Source of the DNA: Granulosicoccus sp.
GTDB lineage: Bacteria > Pseudomonadota > Gammaproteobacteria > Granulosicoccales > Granulosicoccaceae
Direction of reading: 5' to 3'
Assembly (NCBI GenBank): GCA_013002205.1
Contig: JABDKN010000128.1
Coordinates: forward strand, 2,824 to 66,823
Length of the DNA stretch: 64,000 bases
Shown here: in pieces, positions 1 through 8,777 of the stretch
Layout: each line of letters begins with the position of its first letter
Position numbering within the stretch: position 1 is the first letter of the stretch
Notes under the pieces: generated by a model
Database searches by the model: none
What the model saw: the letters and a program-made list of their open reading frames with translations, nothing else
What the model was told of the DNA's origin: nothing
Position numbers and translations under genes: made by a program

Positions 1-1450
1 ATACCTGAACATCCATACCCAGGCCCCTGCACTGCAGCTCGCCACGATAGACGGCCATTGCCGGATTACCGAGTGCAAAGCACGAGAGTATGTCGGTACC
101 CCCGGACATGGATGACAGGCAGATATCCGTTGATACATGCTCATAGACATAGTCAAAACTCTCCGGCACGAGCGGTGACCCGGTGGACAACATGCTACGA
201 AGCTCGGTTAGATCATGAGTATGGCGCGGCGACAATCCAGCCTTGTTGCACGCATCGATGAACTTTGCAGAGGTGCCGAAGTGGGTCATGCCCGCGGACT
301 GTGCATAGTCGAACAAGGTGTTGCCATCGGGATGAAAAGGCGACCCATCGAAGAGCAGCACTGTTGCCCTGGTGGCCAGTGCCGAGACCAGCCAGTTCCA
401 CATCATCCAGCCACAGGTGGTAAAGAAGAACAGCCGGTCACCTGCTCTGACATCGGTATGCAGCAGATGCTCCTTGACGTGCTGCAGCAAGGTACCACCG
501 GCTCCGTGAACGATACACTTAGGCTTTCCCGTGGTACCGGAACTGAACATGATGTACAGCGGGTGATCGAACGGCAGGGGTGCAAAGTCGATCAGCTCCT
601 CACTGGAATGCGCAGCGGATTCCAGCGCATCGGCAGCTGCCGCACTGGCCGCCTCGGCGACGATCGATGCATCCTCCTCGAGCCATCGGCCATAGGGTAC
701 CGCGAGTCCAGCCGCCTCCCCGGTGAGTCGCGAACCGGAATCGATGAACGGCACGATCACGATAGCGCGCAGATCGGGAAGCGACCCTGCCAGCTCACTG
801 ACTACTGCGAGGGAATCGTGTTGCCTGCCGGCATAGCGGTAGCCATCCGCTGTAAACAGGACACGGGGCTCTATCTGCCCGAATCGATCGCGCACTCCAT
901 TGATACCGAAATCCGGTGAGCAGGACGACCAGACTGCACCGATACTGCTGCTGGCCAGCATGGCCACCACTGCCTCGGGAATGTTTGGCAGGAAACCCGC
1001 CACACGGTCGCCGGCCTGCACACCGGCTGAGCGTAATGCGCGAGCCACCGCCCGTACCTGCCCATACAACTGACCACGACTCAGGTCACGTGGGTCACCC
1101 TGCTCCCCTTGAAACCGTATGGCCAGCGTATCGACACCAGTATCTCCCGGCGCAGAATCACGCAGCAGATTCTCGGCAAAATTGAGTCTTGCCCCGGGGA
1201 ACCACCGCGCACCCGGCATGGCCTCGGGATTGTCCAGCACCCGGGAACCCCGGGTCTGCGCCACGATGCCGGCGTAATCCCAGACTTCACACCAGAACGT
1301 TTCTGCCTCGCGTACTGACCAGGCATGCAAGGCAGCATAATCGGGCAGATCGAGTGACAGCGTCCGATTGAGGTGTCGGCGAAAATCTTCCATCTGTGTG
1401 GCTGCAGCCCGTTCCGCGCTGGGCTTCCAACTGTATGCATCACTGTTCAT
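1..1450 (-). CDS. Acetoacetate--CoA ligase (acetoacetyl-CoA synthetase), 3' end beyond window
   Basis: Manual translation from ATG at 1450: MNSDAYSWKPSAERAAATQMEDF...DYAALHAWSV...FWCEVWDY...MPGARWFPGARLNFAENLL. The same frame at the window edge reads AMAVYRGELQCRGLGMDV. It is missing from the ORF track because it has no stop in the window. Confidence 0.92.
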   Translation of the reverse strand, partial: MNSDAYSWKPSAERAAATQMEDFRRHLNRTLSLDLPDYAALHAWSVREAETFWCEVWDYAGIVAQTRGSRVLDNPEAMPGARWFPGARLNFAENLLRDSAPGDTGVDTLAIRFQGEQGDPRDLSRGQLYGQVRAVARALRSAGVQAGDRVAGFLPNIPEAVVAMLASSSIGAVWSSCSPDFGINGVRDRFGQIEPRVLFTADGYRYAGRQHDSLAVVSELAGSLPDLRAIVIVPFIDSGSRLTGEAAGLAVPYGRWLEEDASIVAEAASAAAADALESAAHSSEELIDFAPLPFDHPLYIMFSSGTTGKPKCIVHGAGGTLLQHVKEHLLHTDVRAGDRLFFFTTCGWMMWNWLVSALATRATVLLFDGSPFHPDGNTLFDYAQSAGMTHFGTSAKFIDACNKAGLSPRHTHDLTELRSMLSTGSPLVPESFDYVYEHVSTDICLSSMSGGTDILSCFALGNPAMAVYRGELQCRGLGMDVQV

Positions 1451-1460
1451 GGTCGTAGAC

Positions 1461-1949
1461 TCAACGTTTCGACTGTCCGCGGGCATCTTGCGGACCGCAA
1501 GTACCTTGATCGTACCCGGGGGCATCGAAATCCCCCTCAGGTTCCCCTATCGGCCGTGGCTTTCCATGGCTGTCGATGGCTACGAACGTGAACAGTCCTT
1601 CGGTCACCTGTTCTTCAACCGCCAGCCGCCTGCGCCGGACCCAGGTCTCGACGTGCACGGTGACAGAGGTATTACCGATGACATGCGTGGCACAGTAACA
1701 ACTGACCTCGTCACCGACATTCACTGGCTTGTAGAATTTCATGCCGGTCACTGCAACGGTGGCTACCCTGCCCTGCGCCACATAGAAGGCATGCGTACCG
1801 CCGGCCAGATCCATTTGCGAGAGAATCCAGCCGCCAAATATGTCGCCGTTGGGGTTGGTGTCGGCCGGCATGGCAATCGTTCGCAGGGAAGCAGGCGTCT
1901 TATCCCGGTCGATATCCCTGGCGCGAGTACGCTGTTCACTATCGCTCAT
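1461..1949 (-). CDS. yciA: Acyl-CoA thioesterase, hot-dog fold (YciA family)
   Basis: AMPADTNPNGDIFGGWILSQMDLAGG motif. Confidence 0.9.
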   Translation of the reverse strand: MSDSEQRTRARDIDRDKTPASLRTIAMPADTNPNGDIFGGWILSQMDLAGGTHAFYVAQGRVATVAVTGMKFYKPVNVGDEVSCYCATHVIGNTSVTVHVETWVRRRRLAVEEQVTEGLFTFVAIDSHGKPRPIGEPEGDFDAPGYDQGTCGPQDARGQSKR

Positions 1950-3211
1950 CAGCCAGTCTCAATTTTGCGTTGGTCATCCACCACGACACCGTCGTCCGGC
2001 AGCGTATCGACGACGAGCACGTCGCCACTGAGGTTGGTGGCTCGCTTCAGGGTGTCTTCAAGCTGACCGGTCACGGCGCTCAGCCGTTCACGGCTCCGGG
2101 GGATCCCTGAATCCACGAGCGTGACGGACAGGGTCATGACATCCCGATCACCCTGACGCGTCACCACCAGGCGCCAGCGCGTCACGTCAGGATGTTCCTC
2201 GGGCAGTATGCGCAACTGCACCGGATCTACAAACATGCCGCGCACCTTGATGCGCTGATCTGCGCGTCCCATCCAGCCGCGCAACCGTCGCTGGGTTCTG
2301 CCACAGGGGCTTGGTTCGAGTATCTCTGCAGACAGATCTCCCGTGGCGAAGCGCAGCAGCGGATAGACAGGATGCAGACGGGTAACGAGCAGCTCGCCCA
2401 CCTCGCCCGGCGCGACAGCTCGCGAAGTACCGGGCACCACGATTTCGACGATCAGGCCTTCATTGACCACCATTCCCGGGTGAACCTGGTCATCGGTAGC
2501 CGTCTCGTAGGCAATGACCCCCAGGTCTGCCGTGGCATAGCACTGCTGCACATGAATACCCTGCTGTTCATATCTGCGGCGCATGGCAGGGTAAAGTGCG
2601 CCACCCGATACCATCGCACGTTCAAGACTGGCCAACGGCAGATGGTCTTCATGGGCATGATCGAGCAGTGTCTGCAGGTAATCCGGTGTGCCGACATACA
2701 CCTCACTGGCGAATTGCCTCAAGGCCTGGACCTGGGACTCCGTACCCCCGGATCCTGCAGGGAACACGACACAGCCCAATGACCGGGCAGCCTCATCCAG
2801 TATCAGGCCACCGGGCGTCAGGTGGTAGGAGAACGCATTGTGCACGCGATGACCGCGCCTGAGACCGGCAGCATGTAGAGCGCGAGCTCCGGCCCAGGGA
2901 TCGATACCGGGAAGCTGTGGTTCCCAGACCGGACCGGGCGACATGAAGACACGCTGTCCATGCAGTGCATTCTCATCCACGAACCCACCGAACGGTGGAT
3001 GACGCTGCTGTGCCTCCATGAGATCGCTCTTGCGCAATACAGGCATCCGTTGCAGTGCCGCACGATCGATGATCGACTCAAACTCGCATCCCGCAAGATG
3101 TCGCGCCAGCCCTTCGCAGCGTTGCACGCATTGCGGCAGCCTCTGCGCAAGATCGGTAAACAACCGGGCTTCACGTATTTCGGCCAATTGAGTGTCCAGG
3201 TCATCAAACAT
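1949..3211 (-). CDS. Phenylacetate--CoA ligase family (PaaK-like) adenylate-forming enzyme
   Basis: YATADLG, YPLLRFATGDLS, GWMGRADQRIKVRGMFV motifs; N-terminal VFMSPGPVWEP. Confidence 0.85.
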   Translation of the reverse strand: MFDDLDTQLAEIREARLFTDLAQRLPQCVQRCEGLARHLAGCEFESIIDRAALQRMPVLRKSDLMEAQQRHPPFGGFVDENALHGQRVFMSPGPVWEPQLPGIDPWAGARALHAAGLRRGHRVHNAFSYHLTPGGLILDEAARSLGCVVFPAGSGGTESQVQALRQFASEVYVGTPDYLQTLLDHAHEDHLPLASLERAMVSGGALYPAMRRRYEQQGIHVQQCYATADLGVIAYETATDDQVHPGMVVNEGLIVEIVVPGTSRAVAPGEVGELLVTRLHPVYPLLRFATGDLSAEILEPSPCGRTQRRLRGWMGRADQRIKVRGMFVDPVQLRILPEEHPDVTRWRLVVTRQGDRDVMTLSVTLVDSGIPRSRERLSAVTGQLEDTLKRATNLSGDVLVVDTLPDDGVVVDDQRKIETG

Positions 3212-3309
3212 CAGTTCAGGTGTTACCGTGGCAGAGATTGACTACGAACATTGGAGTTGCCGGGCCGACCATCCGCTGAAAGTATACGACGTCTCTTGAG
3301 CAGTCCGCG

Positions 3310-4137
3310 TCAGGCCAGCCATCGCTTGCGACGCTTGTAGTGTTTCACATTCTTGAAGCTGCGACGTCCCTCGCCCCCGGTACCCAGGTAGAATTCCTTG
3401 ACGTCCACGTTTTCGCGCAGGGTATCCCCGGTGCCATCCATCACGACCCGGCCCGATTCGAGGATGTAGCCATAAGTTGCGTAGTTAAGCGCGATATTGG
3501 TGTTCTGCTCGGCCAGCAGAAACGACACTCCCATGTCATGATTGAGCTGCCGGACGATATCGAAAATTTCCTCAACCAGCTGTGGTGCAAGTCCCATGGA
3601 CGGTTCATCGAGCAGAATCATGGATGGACGCGACATCAGCGCTCGGCCAATGGCACACATCTGCTGCTCACCTCCGGAGGTATAACCTGCCTGCGATGCA
3701 CGCCGTTCATGCAATCGCGGGAAATACTCGTAGACCATCTCCATGTCCTGGCGAATGGCAGCTGCCCCGTCTCTACGGGTGAAGGCGCCGGTCAGCAGAT
3801 TCTCCTCAATACTCAGGTGTCCAAAGCAATGCCGACCTTCCATCACCTGGATACATCCGCGCCGCACCAGCTCGCTGGGTGAGAGCGACTGCACCTGCTG
3901 GCCCTTGAATTCGATATTGCCTTTGGTCACGGCACCTCGCTCGGCGTGAAGCAGATTCGAGATGGCCCTGAGCGTTGTCGTCTTGCCAGCACCATTGGCA
4001 CCCAGAATCGCGACGATTCCACCCCTGGGCACATGCAGCGACACTCCCTTGAGCACGAGAATCACGTGATCATAGATGACCTCGATATTGTTCACGCTCA
4101 GGATGATTTCGCTGACAGAAGTTTCAGTATCGTGCAT
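3310..4137 (-). CDS. Liv-type ABC transporter ATP-binding protein (LivF-like)
   Basis: Walker A GANGAGKT, signature TSGGEQQM, Walker B ILLDEPSMGLAP; start chosen at ATG 4137. Confidence 0.92.
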   Translation of the reverse strand: MHDTETSVSEIILSVNNIEVIYDHVILVLKGVSLHVPRGGIVAILGANGAGKTTTLRAISNLLHAERGAVTKGNIEFKGQQVQSLSPSELVRRGCIQVMEGRHCFGHLSIEENLLTGAFTRRDGAAAIRQDMEMVYEYFPRLHERRASQAGYTSGGEQQMCAIGRALMSRPSMILLDEPSMGLAPQLVEEIFDIVRQLNHDMGVSFLLAEQNTNIALNYATYGYILESGRVVMDGTGDTLRENVDVKEFYLGTGGEGRRSFKNVKHYKRRKRWLA

Positions 4138-4206
4138 GTGCCGTTGGTCCCTCATTCGCCATAATCGAAGAAGCTTCTCCGACGAGTTCAAGCAATTACC
4201 AGGTAC

Positions 4207-4357
4207 CGGGCTGGAGCATTCATCAAACGCGTCAGCATCTCACGAATGCTCCGGGCCGGCGCAAGTATCCGGCATTAAACCCGGATCTGGCGTATCACGA
4301 TAAGTCCGCCTGCTCCCAGGCGTCTGCGCGGCAGAATTAAGTCCTGGCTGCGCAGAC
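4207..4357 (-). other. Two intercistronic stem-loops downstream of the substrate-binding protein gene
   Basis: Inverted repeats ccgggctggagcattc/gaatgctccgggccgg (4207-4259) and gtctgcgc/gcgcagac (4322-4357). Confidence 0.6.
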
Positions 4358-4359
4358 TA

Positions 4360-5661
4360 CTAGCTGCAGGTCTGAGACTGCCAGTCTGGCTTGTCGGAGA
4401 CGTAGGCCTCAGCCGCCTCCTCCAGCATGGGTCGCACGATATCGGACATTGGCGCGATCAGATCCGTCACCTTCTCCCAGTCAGAGCCATTCCATTGCTG
4501 AATGAAAATGGAACCACCCCCTTCGTGATCGGCGCAGGAACCTTTGAGCTCACCGGTAAAACCGGGCAGCCCCAGTTCGCTCAGGCGTTCCTCGCTGAGA
4601 TCAATGTTCTCCAGGCCCTCTCGCATATCTGCCCCGCTGATCACTTTTTTACCTGTCCTGTCCTGGGCAATGCGGACGGCCTCGGCCAGTACGACTGCAT
4701 TGAACAAACCGCGGTTGTACAGAACGTTACCGACATCCTCCCGTGCAGACACCTTGCTCAAGCCTTTGTCCACGACATGCGCAAGCACATCCTGCAGTGC
4801 TGGATATTCCTGTCCCAGGCCGGAAAAGTTGGCAGCCAGGTAGCCCTTACCTGCCTCACCGACACCTTTGAGGTCATTGTGTGAACCTGCCCACCAGTTG
4901 CCAATGAATCTGTCCAGCGGGAAGCGAATCTTCGCCGCTTCCCTGATCGCAGTGGGATTCATCGCGCCCCAGCCCCACATGATCATCCAGTCGGGGGATT
5001 CCTTCCGGACATTGAGCCACTGCGAAGACTGATTCTGCATCTCCTTGACCCCTACCGGAAATTTGGCAACGGTGAATCCCATGGATTCGGAGAGCTGATC
5101 CAGCAGCGGAATGGGTTCCAGGCCATAGGCCGCATCAAGATAAATGAAGCCGATTTTCTTGCCCCTGATGCCATCATTTGCATCGATGTATTTCAGAATC
5201 GAGGACATCTGGCTCCAGTAGGAGGCGGGATAAACGAAGGTCCAGGGGAATTTTTCACCGGCGGCCGCAGCGGATAATCCGTACCCCATGGAAAAGACGG
5301 GTATCTTGTCGATCGGTGCCTTTGGTACAAGGGCCAGAGTGATGCCGGTGGATAACGGGCTGTAGGCCAAAGCACCCTTGTCCTTGGTGGCCTCGTAGCA
5401 TTCAACACCCTTTTGGGAGTTGTAGGCCGTCTCGCATTCCTCGACGATGATCTTGACGCCATTGATGCCGCCATCGCGCTCATTGAGCATGTTCAGGTAG
5501 TCTGCATAACCATCGGCAAACGGCGTTCCACCTCCGGAAAAAGGTCCGGTGCGGTAGGTCAGCGACGGTATGTAAAGACTGTCCTGAGCCTGTGCTACGG
5601 GTATCCAGCAGCTGGCTACGACAAGCGCAGCCGCCAGTGCAGTAAACGTTCTGTTAGTCAT
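4360..5661 (-). CDS. ABC transporter periplasmic substrate-binding protein (Liv/PBP1 family)
   Basis: Signal peptide MTNRTFTALAAALVVASCWIPVAQA; YRTGPF...GYADYLNMLNERDGGING motif; GGAGA SD upstream of ATG 5661. Confidence 0.9.
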   Translation of the reverse strand: MTNRTFTALAAALVVASCWIPVAQAQDSLYIPSLTYRTGPFSGGGTPFADGYADYLNMLNERDGGINGVKIIVEECETAYNSQKGVECYEATKDKGALAYSPLSTGITLALVPKAPIDKIPVFSMGYGLSAAAAGEKFPWTFVYPASYWSQMSSILKYIDANDGIRGKKIGFIYLDAAYGLEPIPLLDQLSESMGFTVAKFPVGVKEMQNQSSQWLNVRKESPDWMIMWGWGAMNPTAIREAAKIRFPLDRFIGNWWAGSHNDLKGVGEAGKGYLAANFSGLGQEYPALQDVLAHVVDKGLSKVSAREDVGNVLYNRGLFNAVVLAEAVRIAQDRTGKKVISGADMREGLENIDLSEERLSELGLPGFTGELKGSCADHEGGGSIFIQQWNGSDWEKVTDLIAPMSDIVRPMLEEAAEAYVSDKPDWQSQTCS

Positions 5662-5797
5662 GATGTGTGTCTCTCCTTGGGTTTTTCCAGGTAATGCACT
5701 TGTGGTGCTCTCGGGTATCGAATGGAGCTTAGCGGATGAGTCGGGCCTGCTCGGGCCGGACGTATCGTCCGGTCGTGTGAGCTCGTTTGGAGGTGGG

Positions 5798-6883
5798 TTA
5801 GTTGCTGGCATAGGGAAACGGCCAGGTTCTGAGTTTTTCCTTGCCAAGCTGCCAGAGCCTGGCAAGACCGTGGGGCTCGACGATCAGAAAGAAGATGATG
5901 AGTACGCCGATGATGATATTGGTCAGGTGTTCTGTGGTGGCTGCCAGCAAGTCCAGGCCTATCAGTTGCGGTACGGCACGAATGATGATCGGCAGTACCC
6001 AGATGAATGCAGCTCCGAGAAAACAACCCAGCAAGGAGCCCATGCCACCGATGATCACCATGAACAGCACGAGAAAGGAATGATTGATGTCAAAGCTTTC
6101 GACTTCGGCAGAGCCGATCCACATGAAAACCATCAGCGCACCCGCCACGCCGCAGTAATAACTGGAAAACGCGAAGGCAGATAATTTTGCACGTAGCGGC
6201 CGAATCCCCATCAACTCGGCCGCGATATCCATGTCGCGGATCATCATCCAGCTTCGCCCGATGCGCCCGCGCAGAACATTGGCAGCCACCAGCGCCATCA
6301 GGGTCACCACTGAGATGATGACCAGGTAACGCACGACAGGGGTTGCCGATGCGCCGGTAATGGCAATATCCAGCAACTTGCGCGTCGGTACTTCGATGGC
6401 GCCTGAGTCATTGTAGTTGTATAACCAGGCGATTCTGATAAAGCACCATTCGAGAAAAAACTGTGCGGCCAGCGTCGTGATGGCCAGGTAGAGTCCCTTG
6501 ATGCGCAGGCTGGGTAATCCAAACAGGACACCTGCCGCTGCCGAGAACACGCCGGAGAACAGGATCAGCAGAATGATGTTGATATCGGGAAAATAGGTCG
6601 TGAGCTTGTAACAGGCATAGGCGCCAACCCCCATGAATGCACCGGTACCCAGCGAAAGCTGGCCTGCATAGCCCGTCAGTATGTTCAGACCTATGGCAGC
6701 CAGGGAAAACACCAGAAACGGGATCATGACAGAGCCGATGAAAAAGTCTGTCGCCAGAAGCGGTATTCCGACAAAAGCCACCAGCAGGATCAACGATAGC
6801 CCGATGCGGTCCTGCAATATGGGCAACAGTGCCTGATCGGCTGCATAGCTGGTCTTGAATTGTCCGGCTTCACGATACAGCAT
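5798..6883 (-). CDS. Liv-type ABC permease (LivM-like)
   Basis: MLYREAGQFKTSY start; GLNILTGYAGQLSLG and LRIKGLYLAITTLA motifs; multi-TM. Confidence 0.9.
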   Translation of the reverse strand: MLYREAGQFKTSYAADQALLPILQDRIGLSLILLVAFVGIPLLATDFFIGSVMIPFLVFSLAAIGLNILTGYAGQLSLGTGAFMGVGAYACYKLTTYFPDINIILLILFSGVFSAAAGVLFGLPSLRIKGLYLAITTLAAQFFLEWCFIRIAWLYNYNDSGAIEVPTRKLLDIAITGASATPVVRYLVIISVVTLMALVAANVLRGRIGRSWMMIRDMDIAAELMGIRPLRAKLSAFAFSSYYCGVAGALMVFMWIGSAEVESFDINHSFLVLFMVIIGGMGSLLGCFLGAAFIWVLPIIIRAVPQLIGLDLLAATTEHLTNIIIGVLIIFFLIVEPHGLARLWQLGKEKLRTWPFPYASN

Positions 6884-6996
6884 GCAGCTCTCCCCTGGTT
6901 GCACCCGGACAGGATGCGCTGGAGATCCTGTTGAGTTTCATGTGTCGGGTCGTCAAGCGATGTCGTCTCGGTATCCGGCACCTGGGCGCATTTGAA

Positions 6997-7953
6997 TCAC
7001 ACACGTTCAATGATCCTTTCGCCAAAGAGGCCCTGGGGTCGGAACAACAGGAAGATCAGCGCCAGTACATAGGCAAACCAGGCTTCCACGCCACTGCCGA
7101 ACAGCGCTCCCCAATACACTTCAAACAGTTTCTCACCAATGCCGATGACCAGCCCCCCGACGATGGCCCCGGGAATGGATGTGAAACCACCGAGAATCAG
7201 CACCGCCAGGGCTTTCAGGGCTATGATCTCGAGGGCAAAGGACACCTCCGAACGCGCGCCCCACATGATACCGGTCACCAGCGCCACGATACCGGCTGCA
7301 AACCACACGATGGCCCAGATCTGATGGAGTGAAATACCCACCGACAAGGCCGCCTGGTGATCATCTGCCACGGCTCTGAGTGCTCGGCCGATACGCGTCT
7401 TCGAAAAGAATACTGCCAGCGCCAGCACCATGAGCAGTGCCACCACCGTGGCCGCGATGTCGATATGCTGAAATATCACGACGCCGCCAAAGACCTCCCA
7501 GTCCGAGGCACCCGTCGGCAGGCCAAGTTCGCGTGTGATCATCGGCTTCGGCTCCCCCCCGAAGATCAATTGACCCGATCCTTTGAGCACCAGTGTGAGT
7601 CCGATGGTTGCCATCAGCAGAATGGCGTCGTGCTGGTTGACGAGCTTGCGCAGCACGAACCGTTCTACACCGATCGCCAACAATCCCATGACTACCACTG
7701 AGACCAGCACGGCGACCCACGCCGGCATGCCCATTTCATGCAGACTGACAAGCACCAGTGCCGCGAATACGACCATGATGCCCTGCGCAAAATTGAATAC
7801 ACCGGATGCCTTGTAAATCAGCACGAATCCGAGCGCAATCAACGAGTAGAGCACGCCTGCTACAAATCCTTCCCAGATCACCTGTAACAGAAAATCCGGG
7901 TAGGCACCCATATCGATAAACGGCGCGACGAATATCGAATGCAGGATATCCAT
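6997..7953 (-). CDS. Liv-type ABC permease (LivH-like)
   Basis: LIALGFVLIYKASGVFNFAQG and GRALRAVADD motifs. Confidence 0.9.
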   Translation of the reverse strand: MDILHSIFVAPFIDMGAYPDFLLQVIWEGFVAGVLYSLIALGFVLIYKASGVFNFAQGIMVVFAALVLVSLHEMGMPAWVAVLVSVVVMGLLAIGVERFVLRKLVNQHDAILLMATIGLTLVLKGSGQLIFGGEPKPMITRELGLPTGASDWEVFGGVVIFQHIDIAATVVALLMVLALAVFFSKTRIGRALRAVADDHQAALSVGISLHQIWAIVWFAAGIVALVTGIMWGARSEVSFALEIIALKALAVLILGGFTSIPGAIVGGLVIGIGEKLFEVYWGALFGSGVEAWFAYVLALIFLLFRPQGLFGERIIERV

Positions 7954-8777
7954 CAGTGGGCCACCCCGAGATACGCATCGATCACATCCTGGTTCGCCTG
8001 TACCTCTGCAGGGGTGCCGTCAGCAATCTTCCGCCCATAATCGAGTACGACCACGCGGTCAGCAAGGTCCATCACCACACCCATGTCGTGTTCGATCAGG
8101 GCGATGGTGGTACCGAATTCCGAGTTCAGATCGATAATGAACCGACTCATATCCTCTTTTTCTTCCAGGTTCATACCAGCCATCGGCTCGTCGAGCAGCA
8201 GCAACTCCGGCTCCATCGCCATGGCCCGGCCCAACTCCACCCGTTTCTGCAGACCGTAGGGCAACTTGCCGACGGGCTGCTTGCGAATATGCGCAATCTC
8301 CAGAAAATCGATGATCTCCTCGACGCGTCTGCGATGCCGAATCTCTTCGCTGCGCGCAGGCCCTATATGCACCACCTGCCAGAGAAAACCGCAATGCATT
8401 TTCAGTGAACGGCCCGACATGATGTTGTCCAGTGTACTCATGCCCTTGAACAGGGCAACATTCTGGAACGTCCGGGCGATACCCGACGCTGCAGCCTGGT
8501 AGGGTTTCATGCGTCGCCGCTGTTTACCACGAAAAGTGATGATGCCTTCCTGCGGATGATAGAAACCATTGATCACGTTGAGCATGGACGTCTTGCCTGC
8601 TCCGTTTGGACCGATGATGGCCCGCACCTCCCCCTTCAGGATATCGAAGGAGATATCGGCAATGGCCTTGACGCCACCAAACGACAGAGAGACGTTGTCA
8701 ACGCTCAACAATTCGGCAGATGCACCACTACCCAATTCCTCTGACAGTTGGTCTGACCAGCGCCGGGCATGATTCAT
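7953..8777 (-). CDS. Liv-type ABC transporter ATP-binding protein (LivG-like)
   Basis: GPNGAGKT, LPYGLQKRVELGRA, LLLDEPMAG, IEHDM. Confidence 0.92.
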   Translation of the reverse strand: MNHARRWSDQLSEELGSGASAELLSVDNVSLSFGGVKAIADISFDILKGEVRAIIGPNGAGKTSMLNVINGFYHPQEGIITFRGKQRRRMKPYQAAASGIARTFQNVALFKGMSTLDNIMSGRSLKMHCGFLWQVVHIGPARSEEIRHRRRVEEIIDFLEIAHIRKQPVGKLPYGLQKRVELGRAMAMEPELLLLDEPMAGMNLEEKEDMSRFIIDLNSEFGTTIALIEHDMGVVMDLADRVVVLDYGRKIADGTPAEVQANQDVIDAYLGVAH

